Source of the DNA: Escherichia phage pO91 | Strand: one strand, 5' to 3' | Length of the DNA: 39,650 bases | Sequence record: OR204650.1 | Shown: one piece after another, positions 7,809-18,057 of the stretch | How positions within the stretch are numbered: position 1 is the first letter of the stretch | How the letters are laid out: each line of letters opens with the position of its first letter | Position numbers and translations under genes: made by a program | The notes under the pieces: generated by a model | Told to the model about the DNA's origin: nothing | The model's database searches: none | The model's input: the letters and a program-made list of their open reading frames with translations, nothing else

Positions 7809-8507
7809 ATGGCTAAAGAGCAACTGAAGACCTTCACCACTCCGGTAGCTGGTATCGTTGAGCCTTACGCATGGCTGAACAAAGCAGACACCAAGTTTAA
7901 CGAGCGTGGTGAACACAAAGTCAACCTGACATTCGACCTGAGCAACCCGAAGGTCCGTAAGATGATTGATGTCTTACAGAAGATTCACGACGATGCGTAT
8001 GCGAAAGCGCTCGCAGACCACGAGAAGAACCCTCCTCAGGTTCAGCGTGGCAAGAAGCCTATTGAACCACGAGAAGGCGACATGCCGTGGATTGAGAATG
8101 GTGACGGTACTGTTACCCTGAAGTTTAAATGCTTCGCGTCTTACCTGAAGGATGGTAAGTCCGAGCCTATCGTATTACGGTTCTACGACACCGATGCTAA
8201 GTTAATCCGTGACGTCCCGAATATTGGTGCTGGCTCAAAGCTGAAGGTCAAGTTTAAAGTCCTGCCGTTCAAGTGGAACGCTGCGACTGGTGCAAGCGTT
8301 AAGCTCCAGCTTGAGTCCTGCCTTCTGGTAGAACTGAAGGAGTGGAAAGGTGATGGTGCTGGTGGAGATGGTGGCTGGGGTGATGATGAAGACCTCGGTA
8401 CTGGCTACAAAGCGTCAACCGATGGTGACTTCGGGTCTGATGACTTCGGTGACGATGGTTCCGAAGGTGGTGATGACTCTAACTCTGGTGGCGATTACGA
8501 CTTCTAA
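7809..8507 (+). CDS. Single-stranded DNA-binding protein (T7 gene 2.5 homolog)
   Basis: Collinear with recalled T7 gp2.5 (EPYA, RGKKP, GDMPW, NGDGT, KFKC, GSKLKVK, KWNA, GASVKLQLES); acidic tail ending DF. Confidence 0.95.
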   Translation: MAKEQLKTFTTPVAGIVEPYAWLNKADTKFNERGEHKVNLTFDLSNPKVRKMIDVLQKIHDDAYAKALADHEKNPPQVQRGKKPIEPREGDMPWIENGDGTVTLKFKCFASYLKDGKSEPIVLRFYDTDAKLIRDVPNIGAGSKLKVKFKVLPFKWNAATGASVKLQLESCLLVELKEWKGDGAGGDGGWGDDEDLGTGYKASTDGDFGSDDFGDDGSEGGDDSNSGGDYDF

Positions 8508-8957
8508 ATGACGCTGAAAGAGAAACTGGAGGCTTACTCTAAGGTTTCTCCTTCGGGATGCTGGGAGTGGCAACGCTCCCGGACTAAAACTGGTTATGGT
8601 CAAATAGCTATAGGTCATCAGAAACAGGACTATTCTCACCGAGTTTCGTACAGGGAGTACAAAGGTCCTATACCTGATGGATTGGTTGTTAGACATAAAT
8701 GTGATAACCCTTGCTGCTGTAACCCTGAGCACCTTGAAGTTGGGACTCAGAAGGACAACATGCAGGACTGCGTGAAGCGGGGACGTCACTCGAAACCGCC
8801 AGTATTCAAAGGAGAAGCTAATCACAAGACTAAGCTGACCGAGGAAGACGTAGCGTTTATCCTGAAGTCCAAGCTGAGGCCTATAGAACTTGCTAAGATG
8901 TTTGGTGTTACTCCGCAAGCTATTAATTGGAGACGCAAGAATGGCAAGAACGATTAG
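8508..8957 (+). CDS. HNH homing-endonuclease-like protein (paralog A1)
   Basis: GPIPDGLVVRHKCDNPCCCNPEHLEVGTQKDN, a Cys/His-rich HNH core; free-standing between the SSB and endonuclease I genes. Confidence 0.85.
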   Translation: MTLKEKLEAYSKVSPSGCWEWQRSRTKTGYGQIAIGHQKQDYSHRVSYREYKGPIPDGLVVRHKCDNPCCCNPEHLEVGTQKDNMQDCVKRGRHSKPPVFKGEANHKTKLTEEDVAFILKSKLRPIELAKMFGVTPQAINWRRKNGKND

Positions 8958-9390
8958 CCGAGGGCATCAAGTAGGAATATATAGGTCTGGGCTAGAAGCA
9001 AAGAACCAAGAGTGGCTGGAGAAGAACGGAGTTAAGGCTGAGTACGAGATGTATAGCATCAAGTACACAATACCAGAATCTCTTCACAGTTATTGTCCAG
9101 ACTTTGTACTGCCCAACGGAATCATTGTGGAGACCAAAGGAATCTTCGCAGTGGAAGACCGAAAGAAGCACCTATTGATTAGAGAACAGCACCCAGAGTT
9201 AGACATCAGGTTCGTGTTCTCGAGTTCCCGCTCCAAGTTATACAAAGGGTCTCCGACCACGTATGGCTCATGGTGCGAAAAGAACGGCTATAAGTATGCC
9301 GATAAGTTCATCCCGGTTGAGTGGCTGCGAGAGGCGACTGTACGTCTGCCTTCAGGTATACTCATTCCAAAGAAGAAAGGAGTTAAGTGA
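8941..9390 (+). CDS. Endonuclease I, Holliday-junction resolvase (T7 gene 3 homolog)
   Basis: 149 aa as in T7; YRSGLE, PDFVLPNGIIVETKG, DRKKHLLIREQHPELDIRFVFSSSRSKLYKGSPT match recalled T7 gp3; start at M18 of the track ORF. Confidence 0.93.
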   Translation: MARTISRGHQVGIYRSGLEAKNQEWLEKNGVKAEYEMYSIKYTIPESLHSYCPDFVLPNGIIVETKGIFAVEDRKKHLLIREQHPELDIRFVFSSSRSKLYKGSPTTYGSWCEKNGYKYADKFIPVEWLREATVRLPSGILIPKKKGVK

Positions 9391-9614
9391 TGACTCAAGA
9401 AGTTAAGGTCATTCGTCAGCGTCTGACCATTGATAAAATCCCTGTGGGATATGCGTTTATCGTCCACGGTAAGCCTGGTGAAGTGTACGTGAAGATTAGT
9501 AACTCTCACGTCTTCAACCATAAGTTGCTCCAGATGCACACAACGGATGCTAACCGCTTCCAACGTCATCTGAACCTCGTAGCTGTAGAGCTGGTGGTGT
9601 ACGATGGTGAGTAA
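9390..9614 (+). CDS. Hypothetical protein (74 aa) between endonuclease I and the amidase gene
   Basis: AAGGAG RBS, ATG at 9390; no counterpart at this position in T7. Confidence 0.55.
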   Translation: MTQEVKVIRQRLTIDKIPVGYAFIVHGKPGEVYVKISNSHVFNHKLLQMHTTDANRFQRHLNLVAVELVVYDGE

Positions 9615-10062
9615 GGTTCAGTTCAACCCACGGTCCCGTACTGACGCTATCTTCGTTCACTGTTCGGCTACCAAGCCAGATATGGACATCGGGGTAGAGA
9701 CCATCCGTATGTGGCATAAGCAGCAAGGCTGGCTGGACGTAGGCTACCACTTTATCATCAAGCGTGATGGCACTGTGGAAGAGGGTCGCCAGGTCAATGT
9801 AGTAGGGTCACACGTTAAGGACTGGAACTCACGGTCTGTAGGCGTCTGCCTTGTAGGTGGAATTGACGCTAAGGGCAAGTTTGAAGCTAACTTCACTCCG
9901 GCCCAGATGAACTCCCTGCGCAACAAGCTGGCTGACCTGAAGGCACTGTATCCTCAGGCAGAAATCAAAGCACACCATGACGTAGCACCTAAGGCGTGTC
10001 CAAGTTTCGACCTGCAACGCTGGCTGTCTACCAATGAACTGATCACTTCCGACCACGGTTAA
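9604..10062 (+). CDS. N-acetylmuramoyl-L-alanine amidase / T7 lysozyme homolog (gene 3.5)
   Basis: TDAIFVHCSATKP, WLDVGYHFIIKRDGTVEEGR, GVCLVGG, FTPAQM, HHDVAPKACPSFDL collinear with recalled T7 gp3.5. Confidence 0.95.
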   Translation: MVSKVQFNPRSRTDAIFVHCSATKPDMDIGVETIRMWHKQQGWLDVGYHFIIKRDGTVEEGRQVNVVGSHVKDWNSRSVGVCLVGGIDAKGKFEANFTPAQMNSLRNKLADLKALYPQAEIKAHHDVAPKACPSFDLQRWLSTNELITSDHG

Positions 10063-10086
10063 TAAACCATAAAGGAGAACAACTCA

Positions 10087-10302
10087 ATGATTAAACTTAT
10101 CGAATTTCTCGGTCGTCTGGTGGTGCGTGGCTATCGTCATGCTGCGGTTCTGGAACGAAAAGTAGAAAAGAAGACTGCTGATGGTGCGGCCGAGGCTGCT
10201 GCTATGGCTGACAAGCTGACCATAGCGTCACTGGAAGCTGGCATGAAGGCACGTCAAGCTGATACCAAAGCTGACCAGTTGGCTCAGTTCTTCAAAGACT
10301 AA
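10087..10302 (+). CDS. Hypothetical protein (71 aa)
   Basis: ORF track; GGAGAA RBS; Ala/Lys-rich; sits where T7 carries gene 3.8, but has no HNH motif. Confidence 0.55.
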   Translation: MIKLIEFLGRLVVRGYRHAAVLERKVEKKTADGAAEAAAMADKLTIASLEAGMKARQADTKADQLAQFFKD

Positions 10303-10320
10303 ACTATCACCTTAGGGATT
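10298..10320 (+). promoter_or_regulatory. Degenerate phage promoter-like site
   Basis: ACTAAACTATCACCTTAGGGATT; upstream half matches the consensus, -4 and -3 are substituted (CT for TA). Confidence 0.35.
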
Positions 10321-10366
10321 GGACCATGAGTCCTGTCCCTTTGTTCGCATTTGTGATTATTAAATA

Positions 10367-10445
10367 GCCTCCATAGCTCAAGAGGTAGAGCGGCGGGTCT
10401 TTATGGCCTATTGCGATTAGGGTTCGAATCCCCGTGGAGGCGCCA
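10367..10445 (+). tRNA. tRNA-like element (possible tRNA gene or pseudogene; anticodon arm not resolved)
   Basis: 7-bp acceptor stem GCCTCCA/TGGAGGC plus G-CCA tail; D-arm TAGCTCAAGAGGTAGAGC; T-arm TAGGG-TTCGAAT-CCCCG; the 25-nt middle section does not give a canonical anticodon stem. Confidence 0.45.
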
Positions 10446-10456
10446 CTAAGGAGTGA

Positions 10457-12160
<1,704 letters not shown>

Positions 12161-12211
12161 ATGTCAATGCCCTGAGTGCGACTGGAAGTCACCATACGGA
12201 GGACACCATTA

Positions 12212-12376
12212 GTGTTTAAGAAACTTAAAGCTCGCTACCATCGGTTCATGTACAAATGGTGGAGCGATGAGGCAACCTGCCTGTCAAACATTCTAGGAGA
12301 ACAGAGGTTCGACTCTAAGGCATGGAAGAAAGCTAACCGGAAGTTTATGTATCACTTCTTGCGTACAGACTTCTAG
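12212..12376 (+). CDS. Hypothetical small protein (54 aa, gene 4.x position)
   Basis: In frame with track ORF 12176..12376; GGAGGA RBS 8 nt before GTG at 12212; start uncertain. Confidence 0.4.
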   Translation: MFKKLKARYHRFMYKWWSDEATCLSNILGEQRFDSKAWKKANRKFMYHFLRTDF

Positions 12377-12378
12377 GT

Positions 12379-12423
12379 CTAGACTCAAGGTCATTCATAT
12401 AGAGTGGCCTTTATGATTAGACT
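12379..12423 (+). promoter_or_regulatory. Conserved hairpin element, copy 2 (putative RNase III site, R4.7-like position)
   Basis: TAGACTCAAGGTCA...TGGCCTTTATGATTAGAC; stem AAGGTCA/TGGCCTT at 12387-12393 and 12405-12411. Confidence 0.5.
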
Positions 12424-12439
12424 AAACGGAGGATTAACC

Positions 12440-14611
12440 ATGTTTGACCTTAAGGATATTTGGGGTTCGGACATCGAGACAAACGGTCTCCTTGACACCG
12501 TGTCCCAGTTCCATTGTGGGGTCCTGATTAATGCCGAGTCGAATGAGACCCTTAAGTATGGGGTAGCGCCGATGGTCGGTATCGTCGGTGGCTTCAAAGA
12601 GTATGTTAATAAAGTGGAAGAGATTGCCGCAACACCTACAGGTATGCTGGTATTCCACAACGGTATCAACTATGACGTCCCGGCTATTGACAAGCTGAAA
12701 CGTCTGTACTTTGGGAAACGCTTTAACTTCCCGAAACACAAGATGATTGATACCTTGGTGTTGGGACGCTTGATGTATCCCAACATTAAGTTCTCAGACA
12801 TGGGCGCAGTGAAAGCTGGTCGTCTACCGCCTAAGATGATGGGACGCCAGTCTCTTGAGGCTTGGGGTTATCGTCTCGGTGAGATGAAGGGTGAGTACAA
12901 ACACGATTACGTTGCCAAGTGCAAGGCAGAAGGTATCGAATATAAGGCTGGGGATGAATGGTTGTTCCCGTCTCAGGAGATGCTGGACTATAACGTTCAA
13001 GACGTTGTGGTCACACTGGCGTTGTTCAAGAAGTTCCTGACTGACAAGTATTACTTCCAGTCTGAACAGTTCGCTTTCGACCAGATTTATGCGTTGCGTC
13101 TGGAACATGATGCTGCGTGGACCTGTGCGAAGATGGAACGTAACGGCTATCCAATGAACACCGAGATGGTCGAAGGCTTGTATCGTGAACTTACAGTCAA
13201 ACGTGCAGAGCTGCTGGACAAGCTGCGTTCGACTTTCGGTAGCTGGTACGCACCAAAGGGAGGCAAGGAGTTCTTCAGGCATCCACGGACAGGTAAGGAC
13301 CTTCCGAAGTATCCGCGAGTCGTGTATCCTAAGGTCGGTGGCATCTTTAAGAAGCCGAAGAACAAAGCTCAACGCTTAGGTCTTGAACCTTGTGATCGCG
13401 ATACGCGAGACACGATGGAAGGAGCGCCTTTCACGCCAATCACTTACGTTGAGTTTAATCCGGGAAGCGGAGACCACTTGGCGAAAGTCTTGATGGAGCG
13501 TGGCTGGGAGCCTGTGGACTTCACTGACACCGGGAAACCTGTAGTCGATGACGAGACGTTAGAACACGTTAAGTTACCAGACGCAGAGGCTCAGGCTTGC
13601 GTAGAGCTGGTCCGTGAGTATCTGGTAGTCCAGAAGCGCATTGGTCAGGCGGCTGAGGGTAAGAACGCATGGTTGAAACTTGTAGGTCCAGACGGACGTA
13701 TGCATGGTTCAATCAACCCCTGCGGGGCAGTAACCGGACGTGCGACTCATAGCTCACCAAACATGGCTCAGGTCCCGGCTAACGGTGCTCCGTATGGTGA
13801 GACTTGCCGTGGTGCTTTCGGTGCAGCATGGAACAAGAAGGACGGTAAGCCAGACCCTTGGATTCAAGTTGGTGTGGATGCCTCAGGTCTTGAGCTTCGT
13901 TGTCTTGGGAACCGAGCGGCTCCGTTTGATGGTGGTGCATATGCGAAGACTGTGGTCGAAGGTGACATCCACTGGGCAAACGCAGTCAACGCTGGGTTAG
14001 CACCTAACGTCCCACGCGATAAGTCTAACCACGACCATGAGGCTTTCCGTAACAACGCTAAGACGTTCATCTATGCGTTCCTGTATGGTGCAGGGGCCGC
14101 TAAGATTGGACTGATAGTAGGAGGTGGTAAGAAGGAGGGTTCAGCTCTCATGAAGAAATTCATTGAGGGTACACCAGCCATCAAGGACCTCAGGGAAGCT
14201 GTGAGTAATACGTTAATCTCAGACTCGAAGTGGGTGGACGGTGAGAATATCGTCAAGTGGAAACGCCGTTGGCTGCGTGGACTTGATGGTCGCCGCATTC
14301 ACATCCGGTCGCCACACTCAGCACTGAACGCCTTACTTCAAGGCGATGGTGCGGTAGTCTGTAAAACGTGGTTCACTTGGCTTGAGAGGAACCTAGAAGC
14401 TAAAGGCTACGTGCATGGCTGGGATGGTGACTTTGCGATTATGGCTTTTGTCCATGATGAAGTTCAGGTTGCCGCAAGGACTATGGAAATAGCTGAGGAC
14501 ATCGTTCGGGTGGCGCAGGCCACAATGCGAGAGGTTGGAGAGTTCTATAACTTTAAATGTGTCCTTGATACAGAAGGTAAGATTGGACCTACGTGGCGCG
14601 AATGTCACTAA
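12440..14611 (+). CDS. DNA polymerase (T7 gene 5 homolog)
   Basis: DIETNGLL exonuclease motif, FHNG..YDVPA, Pol A motifs; collinear with recalled T7 gp5; GGAGG RBS before ATG at 12440. Confidence 0.96.
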   Translation: MFDLKDIWGSDIETNGLLDTVSQFHCGVLINAESNETLKYGVAPMVGIVGGFKEYVNKVEEIAATPTGMLVFHNGINYDVPAIDKLKRLYFGKRFNFPKHKMIDTLVLGRLMYPNIKFSDMGAVKAGRLPPKMMGRQSLEAWGYRLGEMKGEYKHDYVAKCKAEGIEYKAGDEWLFPSQEMLDYNVQDVVVTLALFKKFLTDKYYFQSEQFAFDQIYALRLEHDAAWTCAKMERNGYPMNTEMVEGLYRELTVKRAELLDKLRSTFGSWYAPKGGKEFFRHPRTGKDLPKYPRVVYPKVGGIFKKPKNKAQRLGLEPCDRDTRDTMEGAPFTPITYVEFNPGSGDHLAKVLMERGWEPVDFTDTGKPVVDDETLEHVKLPDAEAQACVELVREYLVVQKRIGQAAEGKNAWLKLVGPDGRMHGSINPCGAVTGRATHSSPNMAQVPANGAPYGETCRGAFGAAWNKKDGKPDPWIQVGVDASGLELRCLGNRAAPFDGGAYAKTVVEGDIHWANAVNAGLAPNVPRDKSNHDHEAFRNNAKTFIYAFLYGAGAAKIGLIVGGGKKEGSALMKKFIEGTPAIKDLREAVSNTLISDSKWVDGENIVKWKRRWLRGLDGRRIHIRSPHSALNALLQGDGAVVCKTWFTWLERNLEAKGYVHGWDGDFAIMAFVHDEVQVAARTMEIAEDIVRVAQATMREVGEFYNFKCVLDTEGKIGPTWRECH

Positions 14612-14620
14612 GGAGATAAG

Positions 14621-14947
14621 ATGGGAGGTGTAGCAACCTTACGCTTCCATAAGATGCCTACTGGATGTATCGTCTGTGTATCTCACAAGAGGAACCAAGA
14701 TGGATACTTTCGGTACACGGTAGGCTCTGCCCGTAAGCCGGGACGCAAGGCGTTTATGTTCCACCGATGGGTGTGGGAACAGAAGCGCGGACCTATACCA
14801 GATGGCTACGAGATAGACCATTTGTGCTTGAACCGTGGGTGCTGCAACATAGAGCACCTACAGTGTATTCCAAAGCGCGAACACGTCATTAAGACGAACC
14901 GTGAGCGCAAACTTATTAAGAAGGAGAAGACTAATGGCTATTACTAA
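14621..14947 (+). CDS. HNH homing-endonuclease-like protein (gene 5.3 position)
   Basis: RGPIPDGYEIDHLCLNRGCCNIEHLQ HNH core; immediately after the DNA polymerase gene. Confidence 0.8.
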   Translation: MGGVATLRFHKMPTGCIVCVSHKRNQDGYFRYTVGSARKPGRKAFMFHRWVWEQKRGPIPDGYEIDHLCLNRGCCNIEHLQCIPKREHVIKTNRERKLIKKEKTNGYY

Positions 14948-15218
14948 ACGTATTCGTGTGAGTTTTGACCTGAAGATGGTTGTCAGTTCAGAGGAAGAAG
15001 AGACCATGTGTCGCAACCTGGCTGAGTTGACTAAAGCCTACTCTCAGGGTGTGAAGCTGGATGGATTTCAGGTGGCTATGGTCAAAGCAGCAATCGAGTC
15101 AGGCCCTGAGTCTGCCATTGAAATTGTCGCCAAGAAGTTCATCAAGAAGGAGCTGGTAGACGCCTTTGGTGAGGGTCAGTTCGGTGTGTCCAACCTGCGA
15201 TTCGAGGTCAAGCAATGA
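14934..15218 (+). CDS. Gene 5.5 homolog (T7 gp5.5, H-NS-binding protein)
   Basis: MAITKRIRVSFDL...KLDGF aligns with recalled T7 gp5.5 (MAMTKRFKVTFDV...KLDGW); AAGGAG RBS; internal ATG of the track ORF. Confidence 0.8.
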   Translation: MAITKRIRVSFDLKMVVSSEEEETMCRNLAELTKAYSQGVKLDGFQVAMVKAAIESGPESAIEIVAKKFIKKELVDAFGEGQFGVSNLRFEVKQ

Positions 15219-15424
15219 GTGAATACTTACGGGTCCTAGCGGCCCTTAAGTCCTGCCCGAAGACATTTCAGTCCAACTATGTGCGCAACAACGCTGCACT
15301 TGTGGCTGAGGCTGCGAGTCGTGGACATCTAAGCTGCCTGTCTATGGATGGGCGTAACAACGGTGCGTGGGAGATTACCGCTGCTGGCACCAAGTTCCTG
15401 AATCAACACGGAGGCTGCCTGTAA
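15215..15424 (+). CDS. Gene 5.7 homolog
   Basis: MSEYLRVLAALKSCPKTFQSNYVRNNAALVAEAASRGH..C...GRNNGAWEITA.GT almost identical in pattern to recalled T7 gp5.7; 69 aa. Confidence 0.9.
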   Translation: MSEYLRVLAALKSCPKTFQSNYVRNNAALVAEAASRGHLSCLSMDGRNNGAWEITAAGTKFLNQHGGCL

Positions 15425-15807
15425 TGACCGAGTGTACCCGTTGGACTGGCTACTTCCTATCTAATGGGTATGGTCAGATAAAGAAAGCTGGAGTAAAGTG
15501 GCTGGCACATCGTCTGGTTTATACCGAGAACTTCGGTCCAATACCTGATGGTCTGGTGGTCAGGCATAAATGTGACAACCGCTGGTGCGTTAACCCTGAG
15601 CACTTAGAGCTTGGGACTCAGCGTGATAATATAAACGACTGCGTTGCCCGTGGTCGCCATAACAATGCAAAGCTGTCAGACCAGCAGGTTCGTGAAATCC
15701 GCAAGGATAAGCGCAGCTCTCGTGCTGTAGCGGCTGACTATGGGATTGACCATAAAGGCGTACTGGCGGTGCGGAACCGTAAATCTTATCAACATGTGGA
15801 GGACTGA
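15424..15807 (+). CDS. HNH homing-endonuclease-like protein (paralog A2)
   Basis: GPIPDGLVVRHKCDNRWCVNPEHLELGTQRDN; shares an identical 15-aa block with the 8508 protein; ATG overlaps the 5.7 stop. Confidence 0.85.
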   Translation: MTECTRWTGYFLSNGYGQIKKAGVKWLAHRLVYTENFGPIPDGLVVRHKCDNRWCVNPEHLELGTQRDNINDCVARGRHNNAKLSDQQVREIRKDKRSSRAVAADYGIDHKGVLAVRNRKSYQHVED

Positions 15808-16674
15808 ATGTCTGAAAAGAAAATAGCTCTTGTGTTAGATGGTGACTATCTGGTGTTCTCTTCTATGGCTGCTGCCGAGGACGAGACTGACTGGGGTGAT
15901 GATATTTATACCCTTATCTGCGACCACGCCAAGGCTCGTCGTATCCTTGAGAACACCATCGCTGAAATCGTTAAGAAGCGCAAGGCGTGGAAAGACGCTA
16001 AGATTGTGATGTGCTTTACTGACGATAACAACTGGCGTAAGGACGTTCTGCCTACCTATAAGGCCAACCGTAAAGGTTCTCGCAAGCCTGTAGGTTACAA
16101 GAAGTTCGTAGCCGAAGTGATGGCTGACCCACGGTTCAACAGCTTCCTGCGTCCTACGCTTGAGGGTGATGACTGTATGGGTATCATCGGTACCAGACCT
16201 CAGATTGTCGGATGTGACCATGCGGTTCTGGTGTCCTGTGACAAGGACTTCAAGACCATCCCGAACTGTGAGTTCTTCTGGTTAACCACTGGTGAAATCC
16301 TGAGTCATACGACTGCCGAGGCAGACTACTGGCACATGGAGCAGACCATCAAGGGTGACACTACAGATGGCTACGGTGGTATTCCGGGGATGGGTGAGGA
16401 CACCACTCGTGTGTTCCTTGACGAGCCGTACTACTTCGTGCAGGAGAGCCGAGAGCTTAAGACTGGTAAGAACAAAGGCCAGATTAAGACTGAGTGGAAG
16501 AAGTATCCGAAGCGTGAAGACATGACGTTGTGGGACTGCATGGTGACTCTGGCTGCTAAGGCTGGCATGACCGAGGAGGAACTTCTGGTCCAAGCTCAGG
16601 TCGCTCGTATTTGTCGAGCATCTGACTATGACCCTAAGTCCAAGGAGGTCATCCTATGGACACCATCCATGTAA
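15808..16674 (+). CDS. 5'-3' exonuclease (T7 gene 6 homolog)
   Basis: DGD.LVF, CDHAKAR, FTD..NWRK, YKANRK, KPVGY, LEGDD.MG, SCDKDFKTIPNC, TIKGD.TDGY, GKNKGQ, LWDC, AKAGMTEE collinear with recalled T7 gp6. Confidence 0.95.
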   Translation: MSEKKIALVLDGDYLVFSSMAAAEDETDWGDDIYTLICDHAKARRILENTIAEIVKKRKAWKDAKIVMCFTDDNNWRKDVLPTYKANRKGSRKPVGYKKFVAEVMADPRFNSFLRPTLEGDDCMGIIGTRPQIVGCDHAVLVSCDKDFKTIPNCEFFWLTTGEILSHTTAEADYWHMEQTIKGDTTDGYGGIPGMGEDTTRVFLDEPYYFVQESRELKTGKNKGQIKTEWKKYPKREDMTLWDCMVTLAAKAGMTEEELLVQAQVARICRASDYDPKSKEVILWTPSM

Positions 16675-16680
16675 TATACT

Positions 16681-16701
16681 GGGCCGGACTTCTGGCCCTT
16701 T
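16681..16701 (+). terminator. Weak hairpin after the exonuclease gene (possible attenuator)
   Basis: GGGCC-GGACTTCT-GGCCC followed by only TTT; short stem and poor U-tract. Confidence 0.2.
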
Positions 16702-16800
16702 ACTGCATGTACAAGTGGTTCGGGTCGAACAACCGACCTAAACACTGAGTCTAACCGATAGTCATATCCTATCAATCCAACAGTCATCCATAGGTGAAAC

Positions 16801-16823
16801 ACTAAACTATCACTATAGGGACT
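16801..16823 (+). promoter_or_regulatory. Phage RNAP promoter (phi6.5-like)
   Basis: ACTAAACTATCACTATAGGGACT; perfect -17 to +4 consensus. Confidence 0.8.
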
Positions 16824-16884
16824 TTAGGACCTAAGATATGACTATAAGATAGACTTTAGTCTCAACTTAAAGAGGAGATTCAAG

Positions 16885-17157
16885 ATGGCTATTAATGCTA
16901 TTGAAAACGTTGTTAAGCAGTTACAGGAAGAAAGACTTGATGTACCGAACATCTCCCAGTCTGCCATCCAGTTCCTGCACGTATTGTTCAACGCAAGCTA
17001 CGCTGAGAAGATGGGAGCCATTAGTCTCCTCAAGCAGCAGGGATACAGCGATGCGTTCATTGCCGGATTCATCAAGGGTCTCCAGTATTGCTCTGACACT
17101 CTCGACTCTGCAATCGCTATGCGTCGTGAGCTGAAAGATACCGTTCAGTTCGATTAA
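16885..17157 (+). CDS. Hypothetical protein at the gene 6.5 position
   Basis: ORF track; GAGGAGA RBS; assignment by synteny only. Confidence 0.65.
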   Translation: MAINAIENVVKQLQEERLDVPNISQSAIQFLHVLFNASYAEKMGAISLLKQQGYSDAFIAGFIKGLQYCSDTLDSAIAMRRELKDTVQFD

Positions 17158-17171
17158 CTGTAGGAGGGACT

Positions 17172-17396
17172 ATGTGTTTCAGTCCAAAGATTAGCGCTCC
17201 GAAGCCTTCGGTCCAAGCACCTGAACCAGCACCTCTGAGTGAGGAAGTTGCGTCAGTTGACATCGGGGCTGAATCTGATGTGGACACCAACGAGACCAAA
17301 GGTATCAAAGACCTAAAGGTCAAGAAGGAGTCTGCACCTAAAGATAAATCGTCAGTTAGCCGCGCTATGCGAGCCTCTGGCGTCAACATGGGGTAA
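17172..17396 (+). CDS. Gene 6.7 homolog (small virion protein)
   Basis: N-terminal MCFSPKI and EPAPL match recalled T7 gp6.7. Confidence 0.8.
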   Translation: MCFSPKISAPKPSVQAPEPAPLSEEVASVDIGAESDVDTNETKGIKDLKVKKESAPKDKSSVSRAMRASGVNMG

Positions 17397-17400
17397 GACA

Positions 17401-17805
17401 ATGCTACCATATCTCAACTCACGCGAAGGTCGCCACATGTGCGCTTGTCGCCTCTGGGAAGACGGGCAGTCTAACTTCAAGTCATTCGAGGACTTCAAGG
17501 CTCATACTTACCGTATGGCTGACGAGTTCGATGGTGAAGAGTACACAATCTACGATGTCTCAGGTCAACCAGTAGCGTATCTCTACATGCTGGCTACCGC
17601 ATCTTGGCACCGACCGACTCCCGGTCTTGACCTTTCAATCGTCGCTATTCGTCGTGACTCGCAGTCCTCCCGCAAGGTTCTTGAGACTGTCAGGCACATC
17701 GTAAACGAAGAGTGCAAGCGGTGGGGTCTTGACTGGTATTCTCGTGTCAAGCATGTTTCTGGGTCGGTAGACATCGTAACAACTAAGGAGATTAACCGTG
17801 GGTAA
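17401..17805 (+). CDS. Gene 7-like protein (by position)
   Basis: ORF track; size (134 aa) and position match T7 gene 7; no motif confirmation. Confidence 0.6.
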   Translation: MLPYLNSREGRHMCACRLWEDGQSNFKSFEDFKAHTYRMADEFDGEEYTIYDVSGQPVAYLYMLATASWHRPTPGLDLSIVAIRRDSQSSRKVLETVRHIVNEECKRWGLDWYSRVKHVSGSVDIVTTKEINRG

Positions 17806-18046
17806 ATCAATCAGTAAGGCTTTCAAGAAAGTAGTAAAAGGTGCGTTAGGGACAGTTGGTCTTGGAGCTGACGATGCACCTAAGGCTGTTGAGGCTCAGA
17901 CCCCAGCAGCACCAGTGGAAGTACCGAACGACAAAGTGGAAGATGTGGATACTGAAGCGACTGCATCTGACGAGAAGAAAGTGAAGCGTTCCGGTAAGCG
18001 TAGCCTTCAGGTCTCTCGTACCTCTGGTGGCGGTATTTCTATTTAA
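17798..18046 (+). CDS. Gene 7.3 homolog (tail/virion protein)
   Basis: MGKSISKAFKKVVKG...RSGKRSLQVSRTSGGGISI matches recalled T7 gp7.3 ends; GTG start after AAGGAG. Confidence 0.8.
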   Translation: MGKSISKAFKKVVKGALGTVGLGADDAPKAVEAQTPAAPVEVPNDKVEDVDTEATASDEKKVKRSGKRSLQVSRTSGGGISI

Positions 18047-18057
18047 GGAGGTGACGA

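Noticed and set aside
10393-10417. Suppressor tRNA reading UAA (anticodon UUA) within the tRNA-like element
   Set aside because: That fold needs a mismatched 4-bp anticodon stem, a pyrimidine at position 37 and a 7-nt variable loop; the evidence is too weak to assert an anticodon identity.
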